Shown: in pieces, positions 44,934-54,593 of the stretch
Layout of the letters: the number at the start of each line of letters is the position of its first letter
How positions within the stretch are numbered: the first letter of the stretch is position 1
Origin: Waddliaceae bacterium
Lineage (GTDB): Bacteria; Chlamydiota; Chlamydiia; Chlamydiales; SLFE01
DNA length: 64,000 nt
NCBI GenBank assembly: GCA_963783885.1
Contig: CAWAPJ010000017.1
Location: 1-64,000 of the forward strand
Reading direction: 5' to 3'
Notes under the pieces: generated by a model
The model's database searches: none
Told to the model about the DNA's origin: nothing
The model's input: the letters and a program-made list of their open reading frames with translations, nothing else
Position numbers and translations under genes: made by a program

Positions 44934-47657
44934 CTATTCGACTTTTTCTTTGCCCTTGTCTTTTTTTGGCGGGGGAGGGGGTTCGCGCTTGAGCGCCTCT
45001 TCTAGTCGAGAGGTTTTTGTTTCAGGTGTTGCTTCTGCTTCAGTTTTAGGAGGTCTTTCGGGTAGAGATGGAGCTTCTTGAGTTTTTTCTCTTGGTTCTA
45101 ATTTTAGTGAAGTTTCATAAAATTGATCTTCATTTGTTTTTAATTCAGCATTTAATTCCTGCTCGGATAGGTTGGTTTTAAAATCGAGATAGGTTGGTGA
45201 AGATAATTCAGGTTGATCAGATTGAAATATTCTTGCTTGTGCATTTTCTAGTGTTCCAAAAATTTTCTTTAAACCACTTAAAAATTGAGGATTTATTTTT
45301 CTAACTCCTTGATCTAAAAATTCGCTTTCTGTTTCTTTGAGCGCAGTCATATGTTTCATTAAGATGCTAATAGGAGGTAGCACAACATTTTTTTTATCGC
45401 CTTCCTTTTGCTGCATTGCTTTAGTTAAAGCTTTATTATTATGTCCAGGATCAAAGAGGTCTTTCAGGTCATAAAAGTCATTTAGTGATTTCTCATTTAG
45501 TTTGTTGAATGTGAGCTTCAGTCTTGAGATAGCCACTCCGTTTAAACCTAAGTAAATGGCATATGCGCTATTGAAATCTGCTTTAGCAGCAAGTTGTTTG
45601 GCTGCGTTGATATAAAATGCAGTGATTTTTGCTCTTTGTTCAGGACTTTTGCCTTGCAAGATCGATTTAGGAACAATATTGCCGCTAAGCATCCGAAATC
45701 TTTGAACAATTTCGGCATAAGATCCCACCGCTTCTTTGGGGGCGAAGTCCTCAATTCGCAGTTTTTCATAGAGATTCAAATCTTCAGCAAGAAGAGTGCT
45801 GGAAAGAGACTCGGTCAATTGTTTTGTGGCAGCATCATCGGCTTTAATGATTTCAGAAGAGAGACTCGCCGGATCTAGTAGATTTTGAGCGGTCGTTGGT
45901 ACAGCCGCGGCTGTGCCGGAGGGCTCGCTTAAGAAATAAGGAGCGACGTAGCTATACCCTTTGTTTTCTGTTAATTCATCTTCGGTTATGTATTTTTTTC
46001 TGCTTATATTTAATAACAACTTATCGGCTTTTTGAAACCAATTTTCATCTTTGAGTAAAATGATTTGTTTTTGAATATGATTCAAGGATTCAGGGTTTGT
46101 CGTTTTTGAAATTTGATCTGAAAAAGAATTGACAACTGCCTCTTGAACATCTTGCAATATTGATTGATTGAGTACTTGTTTTTGTGTTTTTGTTAGAAAA
46201 TGATTCATTTCAAATTCCTGTGTCATTTTTTGAATTTCATCCATAGCACTCTTTAAATGTTCTGTATTAGAAATGAAATCATCTTTGATGATATTCGGCG
46301 ATTTGTAAAGTTTTTCCTTTATGCTCTCAATAAGATCATTGAGATTATCAGCATTTTTTGAGGATAATAATCTTATTATATCCTCAACATCACTTTGTTC
46401 AAACCAGCTTGAGTCGATTTTAGATTCAATACGACTAAGTTCTTCAGGATTATCAGTTTTTGCAGCTTGATCGGTGTAATGTTTTAGCATGGCTGTTTTT
46501 GCCTCTTGTTTCAGCTGGGGGATAACTTTATCTCTAAGTATTTTATTATCTTGCAGGAATGAATGACTTTTTAAACGTTTGCGAGTTTTATCAATATGGT
46601 CAAATATTTTTTGCATTTTTTCCGGGTCATCTAGCAGTTCCTGCTTAAATTTTCCATCAGGATTTTTTAGCCATCTATTGAATGAACTTGTAATCGTTTC
46701 CCTTGAAAATTTTTGCATGAAAAGATTCCAGACTTTCTTTGCAGCCGATCGAATTTTCGCTCCAATTGATTGCAGTTTTTCAGAATGAACTTTTTGAACC
46801 CTTTCCTCTAGATGTAGCACAGGATATTCCTCAGTAAGCTGAGGTGGCGGAGGGCCGACCAATTCCTCAAAATTGTCCACAGCTTCCTCAACAGATGTGG
46901 CGGTGGATTGCAGTTGCTCTTTTCCCTTTTGAAGATCGACTTGAGGTTTTTTGCTGCGATCAACTAAAGGAGAACTCTCGGCAGTTGCCGGTTGCAATAC
47001 TTCAGCCCTGCCTGTCAATGGGAGTAGTGAAAGCAATTCTCTATAATCTTCAATGCCTTCGTCAAAATCTTCGCGGAGTGTTTTTTGAGGTATCTCTTCG
47101 AGTCCTGCAATCAAGTCCAGGTTTTCTAATTCTTGTTCAACATCGGACTCTTCAACAATCGGTATTAATTCCTTTATTTTTTCTCTAACTTTTTGCTGAA
47201 TTGGCACAACTAGTTTTGCATAACTCAGCAAATCAGCTTCTGTTCTGTCTTTTCCTGAATAACTTTCGCTGTGAAAGAATTCATAAAAATGGTCGATCGT
47301 TGTTTTTAGCCTTTTCAGTGCGGATAATTGTTCTTTTTCATCAAGTTCTAATATATGGTCAAAATCTTCTTTAAAGGATTGACTCATGGTCACTTCATCT
47401 GGTTCATGAAACATGTGTTTATTTGCTGCGAGTTCGGATTTCATTTCTCCAGTGTTGTTGGGAGTTTTAGAAGATACCCTTGAAGGACTTCTAAATCGCC
47501 CGCTACTTTTCGAAAGATCCAAGCTTTTTAGAAGTTTTTGAACGGTGTTTTCTATTTTGCTTGCCGTATCCGTCTTCTTCGTTTTTGTTGGAGGTGGCAG
47601 TGATTTACTATAATTTCTTTGGATGGAAGGGCCTTCTTCACTTAAATTTGGTCCCAT
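44934..47657 (-). CDS. RasGEF (CDC25-like) domain protein; candidate secreted effector
   Basis: C-terminal third: SILQGKSPEQRAKITAFYINAAKQL...DFNSAYAIYLGLNGVAISRLKLTF...LKDLFDP..NNKAL...LPPISILMKHM. Ser/Pro/Lys-rich N-terminus, poly-Pro tail, low GC. Confidence 0.75.
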   Translation of the reverse strand: MGPNLSEEGPSIQRNYSKSLPPPTKTKKTDTASKIENTVQKLLKSLDLSKSSGRFRSPSRVSSKTPNNTGEMKSELAANKHMFHEPDEVTMSQSFKEDFDHILELDEKEQLSALKRLKTTIDHFYEFFHSESYSGKDRTEADLLSYAKLVVPIQQKVREKIKELIPIVEESDVEQELENLDLIAGLEEIPQKTLREDFDEGIEDYRELLSLLPLTGRAEVLQPATAESSPLVDRSKKPQVDLQKGKEQLQSTATSVEEAVDNFEELVGPPPPQLTEEYPVLHLEERVQKVHSEKLQSIGAKIRSAAKKVWNLFMQKFSRETITSSFNRWLKNPDGKFKQELLDDPEKMQKIFDHIDKTRKRLKSHSFLQDNKILRDKVIPQLKQEAKTAMLKHYTDQAAKTDNPEELSRIESKIDSSWFEQSDVEDIIRLLSSKNADNLNDLIESIKEKLYKSPNIIKDDFISNTEHLKSAMDEIQKMTQEFEMNHFLTKTQKQVLNQSILQDVQEAVVNSFSDQISKTTNPESLNHIQKQIILLKDENWFQKADKLLLNISRKKYITEDELTENKGYSYVAPYFLSEPSGTAAAVPTTAQNLLDPASLSSEIIKADDAATKQLTESLSSTLLAEDLNLYEKLRIEDFAPKEAVGSYAEIVQRFRMLSGNIVPKSILQGKSPEQRAKITAFYINAAKQLAAKADFNSAYAIYLGLNGVAISRLKLTFNKLNEKSLNDFYDLKDLFDPGHNNKALTKAMQQKEGDKKNVVLPPISILMKHMTALKETESEFLDQGVRKINPQFLSGLKKIFGTLENAQARIFQSDQPELSSPTYLDFKTNLSEQELNAELKTNEDQFYETSLKLEPREKTQEAPSLPERPPKTEAEATPETKTSRLEEALKREPPPPPKKDKGKEKVE

Positions 47658-47728
47658 AATAAGCCTAAATTTATTAAATTATTATATCTATATTAATATT
47701 ATAGCATTACTAATAATTTATTATTAAA

Positions 47729-48856
47729 TAAAAATTTATTTAATTCATAAAAAGGTATTGATTTTTGGGAGGGATTTGGGTACTTTTTAGGTCAAAAATG
47801 GGTGGGATATGACAGCAAACGACCTAAAAAAGTGCTATTTTATCGGTCTACGGTGTCTCACTGCTGTAATTTAGCCCTGCCGTTCAATGGTGGAGAAAGG
47901 AGGGATTCTTCTGGCAGAGGAAGTGTATGAGGGCCAGCTAATTCCTCAAAAGTTAATCTTTCAGCCACCTGCCCTACAGATGAGGCCGTGAGTTGCAGTT
48001 GCTTTTCTTGTTCTTGAGGTTCGACCTTGGTTTCTTTGCTAGAATCATCGGGAGAGGGACTCTCGGTAGTTTTCGGCCGTAATATTTTAGCCTTGTCTGT
48101 CAATGATGAAGGTAAAGAAAATTCTTTAGGCAGAGAGTGTTGAGTGGACATTTCTTCTGATTTTTTTGATCTTGCAGCTCTTACTTTCTTTATCAGTAAA
48201 ATTCCAGTGTTAAGATTCTTAATCTTATCCTCTGATAAACCTTTAGTATCCTCAGATATCTCCAAAATTAATTTATTTAAATAATCATCAAGTTTTTGCG
48301 TTTCATCTTTCTTTGGAATTTTACTTAATTCAATGAGATCTAGGATGGTTTCCATCCTTTCTTTTTGCACATTTCTTTTTGTCATCATTAAAATATCTTT
48401 TAGTTCGTTTTTATGGTATTCTTTCATGTAAGCTTTCGCATATTCCTCTTCGCTGACACTACGCTTCTTTGTAGTGTCAGTCTTTTTCATGCCGATTTGT
48501 TCTTTGCCTTTCCTGGATTTTATGGTGCTCCTTAGTCGACTGCCGCTTTTCGAAAGATCTAACTTTTTCAAAGCTTTTAGAGCGGCATTTTTAATTGTGT
48601 TTGTCTTATCCGCCTTACTCCGTTTTGTTTGGTGAGGTGGTTTTTGAATAGAATTACTTTGAATAAAAATACCTTTGTTATTTACATCCATAATAACCTC
48701 GATAACTTAAATTATTATATTTTTATTATAACACTATTAAAAATTTATTTAATTCATAAAAAAAGTATTGCTTTTTGGGAGGATTTTGAGTACTTTTTAG
48801 GTCAAAAATGGGTGGGGTATGACAGGAAACGACCCAAAAATGTGCCATTTTATCGG
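47729..48856 (+). repeat. ~118-bp diverged direct repeat (47729-47846 and 48738-48856) covering the murC upstream region and first 13 codons
   Basis: Both copies share TAAAAATTTATTTAATTCATAAAAA and GTACTTTTTAGGTCAAAAATGGGTGGG; they translate MTANDLKKCYFIG versus MTGNDPKMCHFIG. Confidence 0.92.
47858..48691 (-). pseudogene. truncated tandem paralog of the RasGEF protein (N-terminal region only)
   Basis: Shares LDLSKS.(G/S)R.RS and QLQ.TA.SV...FEEL.GP....L.EE with 44934-47657; ends next to the duplicated murC start. Confidence 0.7.
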
Positions 48857-51140
48857 CATTGGGGGAATCGGCATGAGCGGGCTGGCCCGGCTCATGCTGC
48901 AAAATGCTGCAGTATCAGGCAGTGACAGGGCAAAAAATAGGGTTACGCGGGACTTGGAAAGAAGGGGGGCGAAGATATCCGAGGGGCACTTCGCCCGGAA
49001 TATCGAGGCTGGTATGACTGTCGTCTATTCTTCGGATATTCCCAAGGACAATGTAGAGCTTTTGGAAGCCAAAAAGCTAGGATGCCCAGTGCTTCATCGC
49101 TCGGAGCTTCTTCAGCGGCTGATGGCTTCGAGAAAGGCGCTGGCCGTTGCCGGTACCCACGGAAAAACGACGACATCGGCGCTTTTATCCGTAGTTTTAA
49201 AAGAGGCGGGGGTCGATCCCTCTTACATGGTCGGAGGGATCGTGTCCGAATACGGCAGCAGCGCCGCTTCAGGCGAGGGGATGTACTTTGTCGTCGAGGC
49301 TGATGAGAGCGACGGCTCTTTTTTGCGCTATGCTCCCTATGGGGCGATCATCACAAATATCGATCTTGACCACTTAAACCATTTTGGTTCGGAAGAAACT
49401 TTAGTGGAGTCCTTCCGGCAATTCGCTGGGCAGGTAGTTTCAAAGGATCACTTATTCTGGTGCGGTGATGACGAGCGTTTGCAAAAGCTCGGTTTGCCAG
49501 GCTTCAGCTACGGATTTGGCGAGAGGTGTTTATTGCGGGTGTCGAACTATCGGCAAAGGGGGTGGAATTGTCTCTTTGATGTCAGTTTCGGAGGAGTCGA
49601 CTATCCAAATGTCGAGGCGGCTCTTGCGGGAGGGCACAATGCTCTGAATGCGGCGGCCGTTTTTGGCCTCAGCCTGGCTGTGGGAGCTCAAGAGGAGTCT
49701 GTCAGGAGGGCCCTCAAAACGTTTAAAGGTGTCGGCAGGCGCTCAGAGAGGATCGGATCGGTTTCAGACATTTTATTTTTGGACGACTATGCCCATCACC
49801 CGACTGAAATCGAAGCAGCTCTTGGGGCTATAAGGAAAGCAGTGGGGGAAAGACGCATTGTCGCCATCTATCAGCCCCACCGCTATTCCCGTTTGCAATA
49901 TTGTCTGGGTCGTTTTGGCCAGTGCTTTCAGGAAGCGGACGAGGTCATTGTAACAGATATTTATGCGGCGGGGGAAAAAGCTGTAGAGGGTGTGACAACC
50001 GAAGCGATTGTGCGGGAAATTAAAGGCAGCCGCAAAGTTTTAAGAGAAGAGCTTGAGGCCGTCTGCTTGCAGGACCTGATGCCGCATGATGTCGTTGTGA
50101 CATTGGGAGCCGGCGATATCACCCGTTTTGGAAGAGGACTGGTTGAGACGCTGAAAAAGAGGCCTCCAAAAAAAATGACGGTGGGCGTTGTCAAAGGCGG
50201 GGCGTCATACGAACACGACATTTCGCTCAAGTCAGCCGAGTATATCGAGGAGTCTTTGGCGCAGGATATCTATGAGTTGAAAGTGATGACTATCGGACGA
50301 AACGGGGAGATGCCTTTTTTGGATGAACTCATGAAATGCGATGTGGTCTTTCCCATTCTTCATGGCCCTTATGGCGAGGACGGAACAATACAAGGAATGT
50401 TCGAAATGCTGGGGCTGCCTTATGTCGGCTGTTCGCATAGGGCTTGTTCGGTTGCCATGGACAAATCCATGACCAAAAAGCTTGCCATATTACACGGCAT
50501 TCGCACTTCTCCTTTCCGACACGTTCATATACGGGATTGGAGAAAATCGAGGGAGAGACTTGCGGAAGAAATTGCCGGCGAACTTGCATTTCCGGTTTTT
50601 GTCAAGGGGTCGCATCTCGGTTCTTCTTTCGGCTTGGTAAAAGTCGAGAGTCCGGAGGGGCTGCCTAAAGCCATTGACGAAGTGTTCGCATGCGATTCTG
50701 AGCTGATTGTGGAGCAGGGAATACAGGGCAGGGAAATCGAGTTTGCCGTGCTGGGAAATGACGAGATCGCCGTCTTTTCTCCCGGAGAAATTTTGACAGG
50801 GGGCAAGGTGTATGATTTCGAAGCGAAATACAGCGATAAGAGCGTGCCGATCACCGATAGCCCCGACTTGCCGCCGCACCTCATTGAAGAAGGGAGGGAG
50901 CTGGCTCGAAAGGCTTTTGAGGCGATAGGCGGGGAGGGAATGGCCCGTATAGATTTTTTCCTCGACCGCCTGGACAAATATTGGCTGAATGAAATCAACC
51001 CTATTCCGGGACTGACAGAGAAAAGCCTCTATCCGAAACTCTGCAAAAAGGAGGGAATCGGCGGCAGGGAACTGGTGAGGAGGTTGATCGTTTTGGCACT
51101 GCATCGTCACCGAAGAAGCCGGGCGGTGTGTCGTGCATGA
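48819..51140 (+). CDS. murC/ddl: fused UDP-MurNAc:L-Ala ligase / D-Ala-D-Ala ligase
   Basis: HFIGIGGIGMSGLA, AGTHGKTTT, EADESD, DDYAHHPTEI, then GGASYEHDIS, LHGPYGEDG, GSSFG, YDFEAKY, NEINPIPG. Confidence 0.95.
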   Translation: MTGNDPKMCHFIGIGGIGMSGLARLMLQNAAVSGSDRAKNRVTRDLERRGAKISEGHFARNIEAGMTVVYSSDIPKDNVELLEAKKLGCPVLHRSELLQRLMASRKALAVAGTHGKTTTSALLSVVLKEAGVDPSYMVGGIVSEYGSSAASGEGMYFVVEADESDGSFLRYAPYGAIITNIDLDHLNHFGSEETLVESFRQFAGQVVSKDHLFWCGDDERLQKLGLPGFSYGFGERCLLRVSNYRQRGWNCLFDVSFGGVDYPNVEAALAGGHNALNAAAVFGLSLAVGAQEESVRRALKTFKGVGRRSERIGSVSDILFLDDYAHHPTEIEAALGAIRKAVGERRIVAIYQPHRYSRLQYCLGRFGQCFQEADEVIVTDIYAAGEKAVEGVTTEAIVREIKGSRKVLREELEAVCLQDLMPHDVVVTLGAGDITRFGRGLVETLKKRPPKKMTVGVVKGGASYEHDISLKSAEYIEESLAQDIYELKVMTIGRNGEMPFLDELMKCDVVFPILHGPYGEDGTIQGMFEMLGLPYVGCSHRACSVAMDKSMTKKLAILHGIRTSPFRHVHIRDWRKSRERLAEEIAGELAFPVFVKGSHLGSSFGLVKVESPEGLPKAIDEVFACDSELIVEQGIQGREIEFAVLGNDEIAVFSPGEILTGGKVYDFEAKYSDKSVPITDSPDLPPHLIEEGRELARKAFEAIGGEGMARIDFFLDRLDKYWLNEINPIPGLTEKSLYPKLCKKEGIGGRELVRRLIVLALHRHRRSRAVCRA

Positions 51141-51975
51141 GAGGATTCCCCTCAAAAGAGCTTTGCTTGTCATTTTCCTTTCCGTCATTGCGGTAACCGG
51201 TTCGGCGACTTTGGGATGGTTCTATTATCTTCACCGGATTCATGTCAAACAGGGAGACAGCGCCTACAATATTGAAGTGATCGCTACGACCCGCAGGGCA
51301 GCAGAGAAGCTTGAGTCGGACTACATAGCCGAGCTGCTCGGGCTTTCGAAAGACAAGCCTGTCAATCTTTATACCCTAAGCTTAAAAGAGGCAGAAGCAA
51401 AATTGAGAAAAAGCCCTCTTATCAAAAAGGCCAGGGTGGAAAAAATCAAACCAAAAACCCTCCATATTGATTACATGCTTCGCACCCCGGTTGCCTATTT
51501 GGGAGACTACACAAATGTTGCAATTGACGATGAGGGGACGATGCTCCCTTTCCTGCCATTCTTTACCCCCAAAAACCTTCCGAAAATTTATTTGGGAGAA
51601 GAATTGACAAACCTTTGGGGCGGCAGGCTGAGCAGCAAAAAATATCTCTTGAGCCGCGAGCTTCTGGGAAGACTGCAACAGCTCGGGATGACAATCAAGT
51701 CTATCGATGTGTCACGCATTGATTCTTTCAGTTATGGACAAAGGGAAATCATTGTCTTTGTCGAGGATCGTATTGAAAATGAAGGGGTTTTTGTGATTGC
51801 TCCGATGCTTATTCGCTTGAATTCCGATAATTATGCCAAGTCGCTGGAGGATTTTCAGCTTCTTCGCCAGCATCTCGCTTTGGCAATTTCTGCGGATCAT
51901 GACAAGCTGATCAGGCAACCGGTCACAATAGTTGACTTGCGGATGGACAGTCTGGCTTTTATTGAAGATCATTAA
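51133..51975 (+). CDS. ftsQ: FtsQ/DivIB-like POTRA-domain division protein
   Basis: N-terminal transmembrane helix, POTRA-like SPLIKKARVEK..P.TLHIDY..R.PVA, C-terminal VDLR; follows ddl. Confidence 0.75.
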   Translation: MHERIPLKRALLVIFLSVIAVTGSATLGWFYYLHRIHVKQGDSAYNIEVIATTRRAAEKLESDYIAELLGLSKDKPVNLYTLSLKEAEAKLRKSPLIKKARVEKIKPKTLHIDYMLRTPVAYLGDYTNVAIDDEGTMLPFLPFFTPKNLPKIYLGEELTNLWGGRLSSKKYLLSRELLGRLQQLGMTIKSIDVSRIDSFSYGQREIIVFVEDRIENEGVFVIAPMLIRLNSDNYAKSLEDFQLLRQHLALAISADHDKLIRQPVTIVDLRMDSLAFIEDH

Positions 51976-52918
51976 TTTTTTTGCAGAATGAATCATATAA
52001 AGTATCATCTAGCTCAAGAAAACCATCCTGCCTTGATTTTTCCGCCTTAAGTTCGCTTCTTTCTCCAGGAAGTGTAATTTTTGAGCTTGAGGACTTTATG
52101 GTATTTTTGAGTTTTTCCATTGAGTGAAAAAAATGATCTTTTCCTGAAAACAGATCGGGATCTAAAGCGGCAATCAAATTTCCGCGATTATTTTCCTGAT
52201 CGCTACTACCTACCAAAGGACCTGTTAGTGCTTCAATTACGAGTCCTAACCCGGATCCTTTGGGACCAAAACTCTTTAAAGCACCTTCAATCGCTTTTTT
52301 CGAGTCTTTAGTTGTCCGGCCTTCTTTATCGAATGCTAGATCTTCTGTAAGATCACGACCTAGTAAATAGGACTCCACAACCTTAAAGAAGGCTGTCGAT
52401 GAAGTTGCCATATCAAAGACTATCGGGTCTGATTTTGTCGGAAGTCCAAAAGCTATAGGGTTTGTACCAAGAACAGGTCGAGTTCCTCCATAGAAAGCAA
52501 CACGCTTTTTAGAACCCGAACAGGCTAATGCTAAATATCCCTGACTGGCAATTTTGGAAACATAGTATCCAATAGCTCCTGTTCCTTCATAGGCTTGGCA
52601 TGTTCCCACTAAAGCGGCACCATTTTGTTTGACTTTTTGCAAACAAAGCTCCATAGCCTCGTGCATCACAAGAATGCCATTGCTTGCTTTTCCATCAATC
52701 CATGAAGAAAAAGGAGTCTCTTTCAGTACTTCTAACGGTTCTGCTTCTGGATCTTTCGTATAACCACTCGTGATAAATTGTATAAGACCTTGATGATTCC
52801 CTCGAAGGTAACCATAAAAAAGCACATCCAAAATGATTGCGCATTCACTGTCAGAATAGCCGGCTTTTAATAGAGCTTTCCGGTTAAGATCTTCCAGATT
52901 GCTAATGAGTACCTTCAT
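51959..52918 (-). CDS. Ldh_2 family (type 2 malate/L-lactate/sulfolactate dehydrogenase-like) oxidoreductase
   Basis: LRGNHQG, GAIGYY, LGTNPIAFG, FDMATS, GPKGSGLG, LPGER. Confidence 0.82.
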   Translation of the reverse strand: MKVLISNLEDLNRKALLKAGYSDSECAIILDVLFYGYLRGNHQGLIQFITSGYTKDPEAEPLEVLKETPFSSWIDGKASNGILVMHEAMELCLQKVKQNGAALVGTCQAYEGTGAIGYYVSKIASQGYLALACSGSKKRVAFYGGTRPVLGTNPIAFGLPTKSDPIVFDMATSSTAFFKVVESYLLGRDLTEDLAFDKEGRTTKDSKKAIEGALKSFGPKGSGLGLVIEALTGPLVGSSDQENNRGNLIAALDPDLFSGKDHFFHSMEKLKNTIKSSSSKITLPGERSELKAEKSRQDGFLELDDTLYDSFCKKINDLQ

Positions 52919-53360
52919 GTATAGGAATCCCTTTCTCCAAAAGTTTTAATATAGCTTCCAGTGCAAGAAAATAGCCATCAACTCCAAATCCGATAATCAT
53001 ACCTTGTGAGATCTCTGATAAAACACAATGAATGTGTCTTTTAGCAATATTGCTGATGTGAATTTCTACATAGGGAATGGAAATCCCCAGAATACAATCC
53101 TTCAAAGCATAGCCAGCATATGTAAAACCCGCCGGATTCATAACAAGACCATCTATCCCCTCATTGGCTCCCTGATAGATGCGGTTGATAGCCTCTCCTT
53201 CAATATTTGTATAAAAGATATCAAGTTGATATCCGTTCTGATCCGCGTGTTTGAGCAAACAAGCGTTTAGTTCATCAGCCGTTGTATAGCCGTATATCTC
53301 AGGCTCCCTCTTACCCAGAAAATTTAAATTAGCTCCTTGAACAAGCAAAATTTTTTTCAT
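52902..53360 (-). CDS. aroQ: type II 3-dehydroquinate dehydratase
   Basis: GANLNFLGKREPEIYG, NIEGE, MNPAGFT, VEIHISN, GFGVDGY. Confidence 0.85.
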   Translation of the reverse strand: MKKILLVQGANLNFLGKREPEIYGYTTADELNACLLKHADQNGYQLDIFYTNIEGEAINRIYQGANEGIDGLVMNPAGFTYAGYALKDCILGISIPYVEIHISNIAKRHIHCVLSEISQGMIIGFGVDGYFLALEAILKLLEKGIPIHEGTH

Positions 53361-53524
53361 AAAAATCCTGATAAATAGTTAAAAAATGGATACTACCATT
53401 CTATTAAAAAAAAAGGTAGCAATCAAGGGCAAGAATCCCAGCAGTTCCCACTGTCATTTTTTCACCACAATACTTTATTTTTTTGGGAAAAGGATATATA
53501 TAAATATTTTGAGAATTTGCGAAA

Positions 53525-53696
53525 CATTTAACTCGACTTTATGATTTTTATCGATTCGATGACAATAGAGAGGGCGCTCAGCTTCAAATTATTTTCACTG
53601 GTTCAGGCAAATTACCTAATCCGTGAAAATAATTTGAAGATCAGCATTCTCTCTGAAGTCAGCAGGTCGATAAAAATCATAAAGTCGAGTTTAATG
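53525..53696. repeat. ~170-bp nested palindromic element
   Basis: Perfect 25-bp inverted repeat 53530-53554 / 53667-53691 and perfect 17-bp inverted repeat 53582-53598 / 53623-53639. Confidence 0.9.
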
Positions 53697-53719
53697 CAGA
53701 AAACCAGGACAATGAAAGC

Positions 53720-54535
53720 ATGAAAAAGAAACTATTATTCCCATTAGTTGTAATTGTAATATTCATTTATTTTTTTAGCTCAAGTTTAAAAAATAAAGAA
53801 TATTTTTTTAATCCCGCAACATTTGATGTTGTTTCGGATGAATCAAAAAGCCCGCATTTAACTCCGGATATCAAACAAATTTTAACGCAAAACTTCACCT
53901 ATCTCGGAGAGGGAGGACAAGCCTACGCTTTTTGCAGTTCGGATGGCAAACATGTTCTTAAAATATTCAAAAAGAAACATATAAAGCCTGAATGGTACAT
54001 TGTGTTTATACCAAATATATCATGGTTTAAACAAGTGAGGGATAAACACCAAAGAAATTTGCTTTCAAATGTAATCAAAACCTATGTTGACGCCTTTGAG
54101 CTGGATAGTCAGGGATGCGGGATTCTCTATACCCATTTCAATCCTGAAGAGAAAATCGATAGAGTGATTGAGGTGCAGGATAAATTAGGCAATAGTCACC
54201 TTCTGGACCTTGACAACATCCCTTTTTTGATACAGGAAAAAGCCATTCCATTTTGCCAGGTGTTAAAACAGCATTTAGATGAGGGAGAGACGGAACTTGC
54301 CAACCAGCGTATTGATCAAATGTTAGATCTCTATGACAAACATATGGACCAAGGTCTCTACGATCTTGGAATCGGAGTGCTTCACAACAATGGATTTGTC
54401 GGTCAAAAACCCATTCATCTGGATGTCGGCCATTATGTCTTTGCCCCCGATAGTGAAATAGACAAAGATCAAAAGATGGAAGAGATTAAAGGTCGCATAC
54501 AAGCATTTGTCTCAAAGAATTCCGATTTAAATTGA
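53720..54535 (+). CDS. membrane-anchored atypical kinase-fold protein
   Basis: N-terminal transmembrane helix; YLGEGGQAYAF (Gly loop), VLKIFK (beta3 Lys), YD.GIGVLHN, HLDVG (DFG-like). Confidence 0.6.
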   Translation: MKKKLLFPLVVIVIFIYFFSSSLKNKEYFFNPATFDVVSDESKSPHLTPDIKQILTQNFTYLGEGGQAYAFCSSDGKHVLKIFKKKHIKPEWYIVFIPNISWFKQVRDKHQRNLLSNVIKTYVDAFELDSQGCGILYTHFNPEEKIDRVIEVQDKLGNSHLLDLDNIPFLIQEKAIPFCQVLKQHLDEGETELANQRIDQMLDLYDKHMDQGLYDLGIGVLHNNGFVGQKPIHLDVGHYVFAPDSEIDKDQKMEEIKGRIQAFVSKNSDLN

Positions 54536-54593
54536 GTATAATTGACTTGCGTGTAGACAGTCTGCCTTTTATAATGCTCTTTAGGAGGAGATC

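Noticed and set aside
48819-51140. murC-ddl fusion and absence of ftsZ as novelty
   Set aside because: Both are well-known features of Chlamydiae.
50490-51188. Antisense ORFs of 150-250 aa over housekeeping genes (also 17570-18334, 8684-9316, 19950-20579)
   Set aside because: Shadow frames of well-supported genes, with no recognisable motifs.
53541-53723. 60-aa ORF in the aroQ upstream region
   Set aside because: It coincides with the palindromic element and has no RBS or motif; probably spurious.
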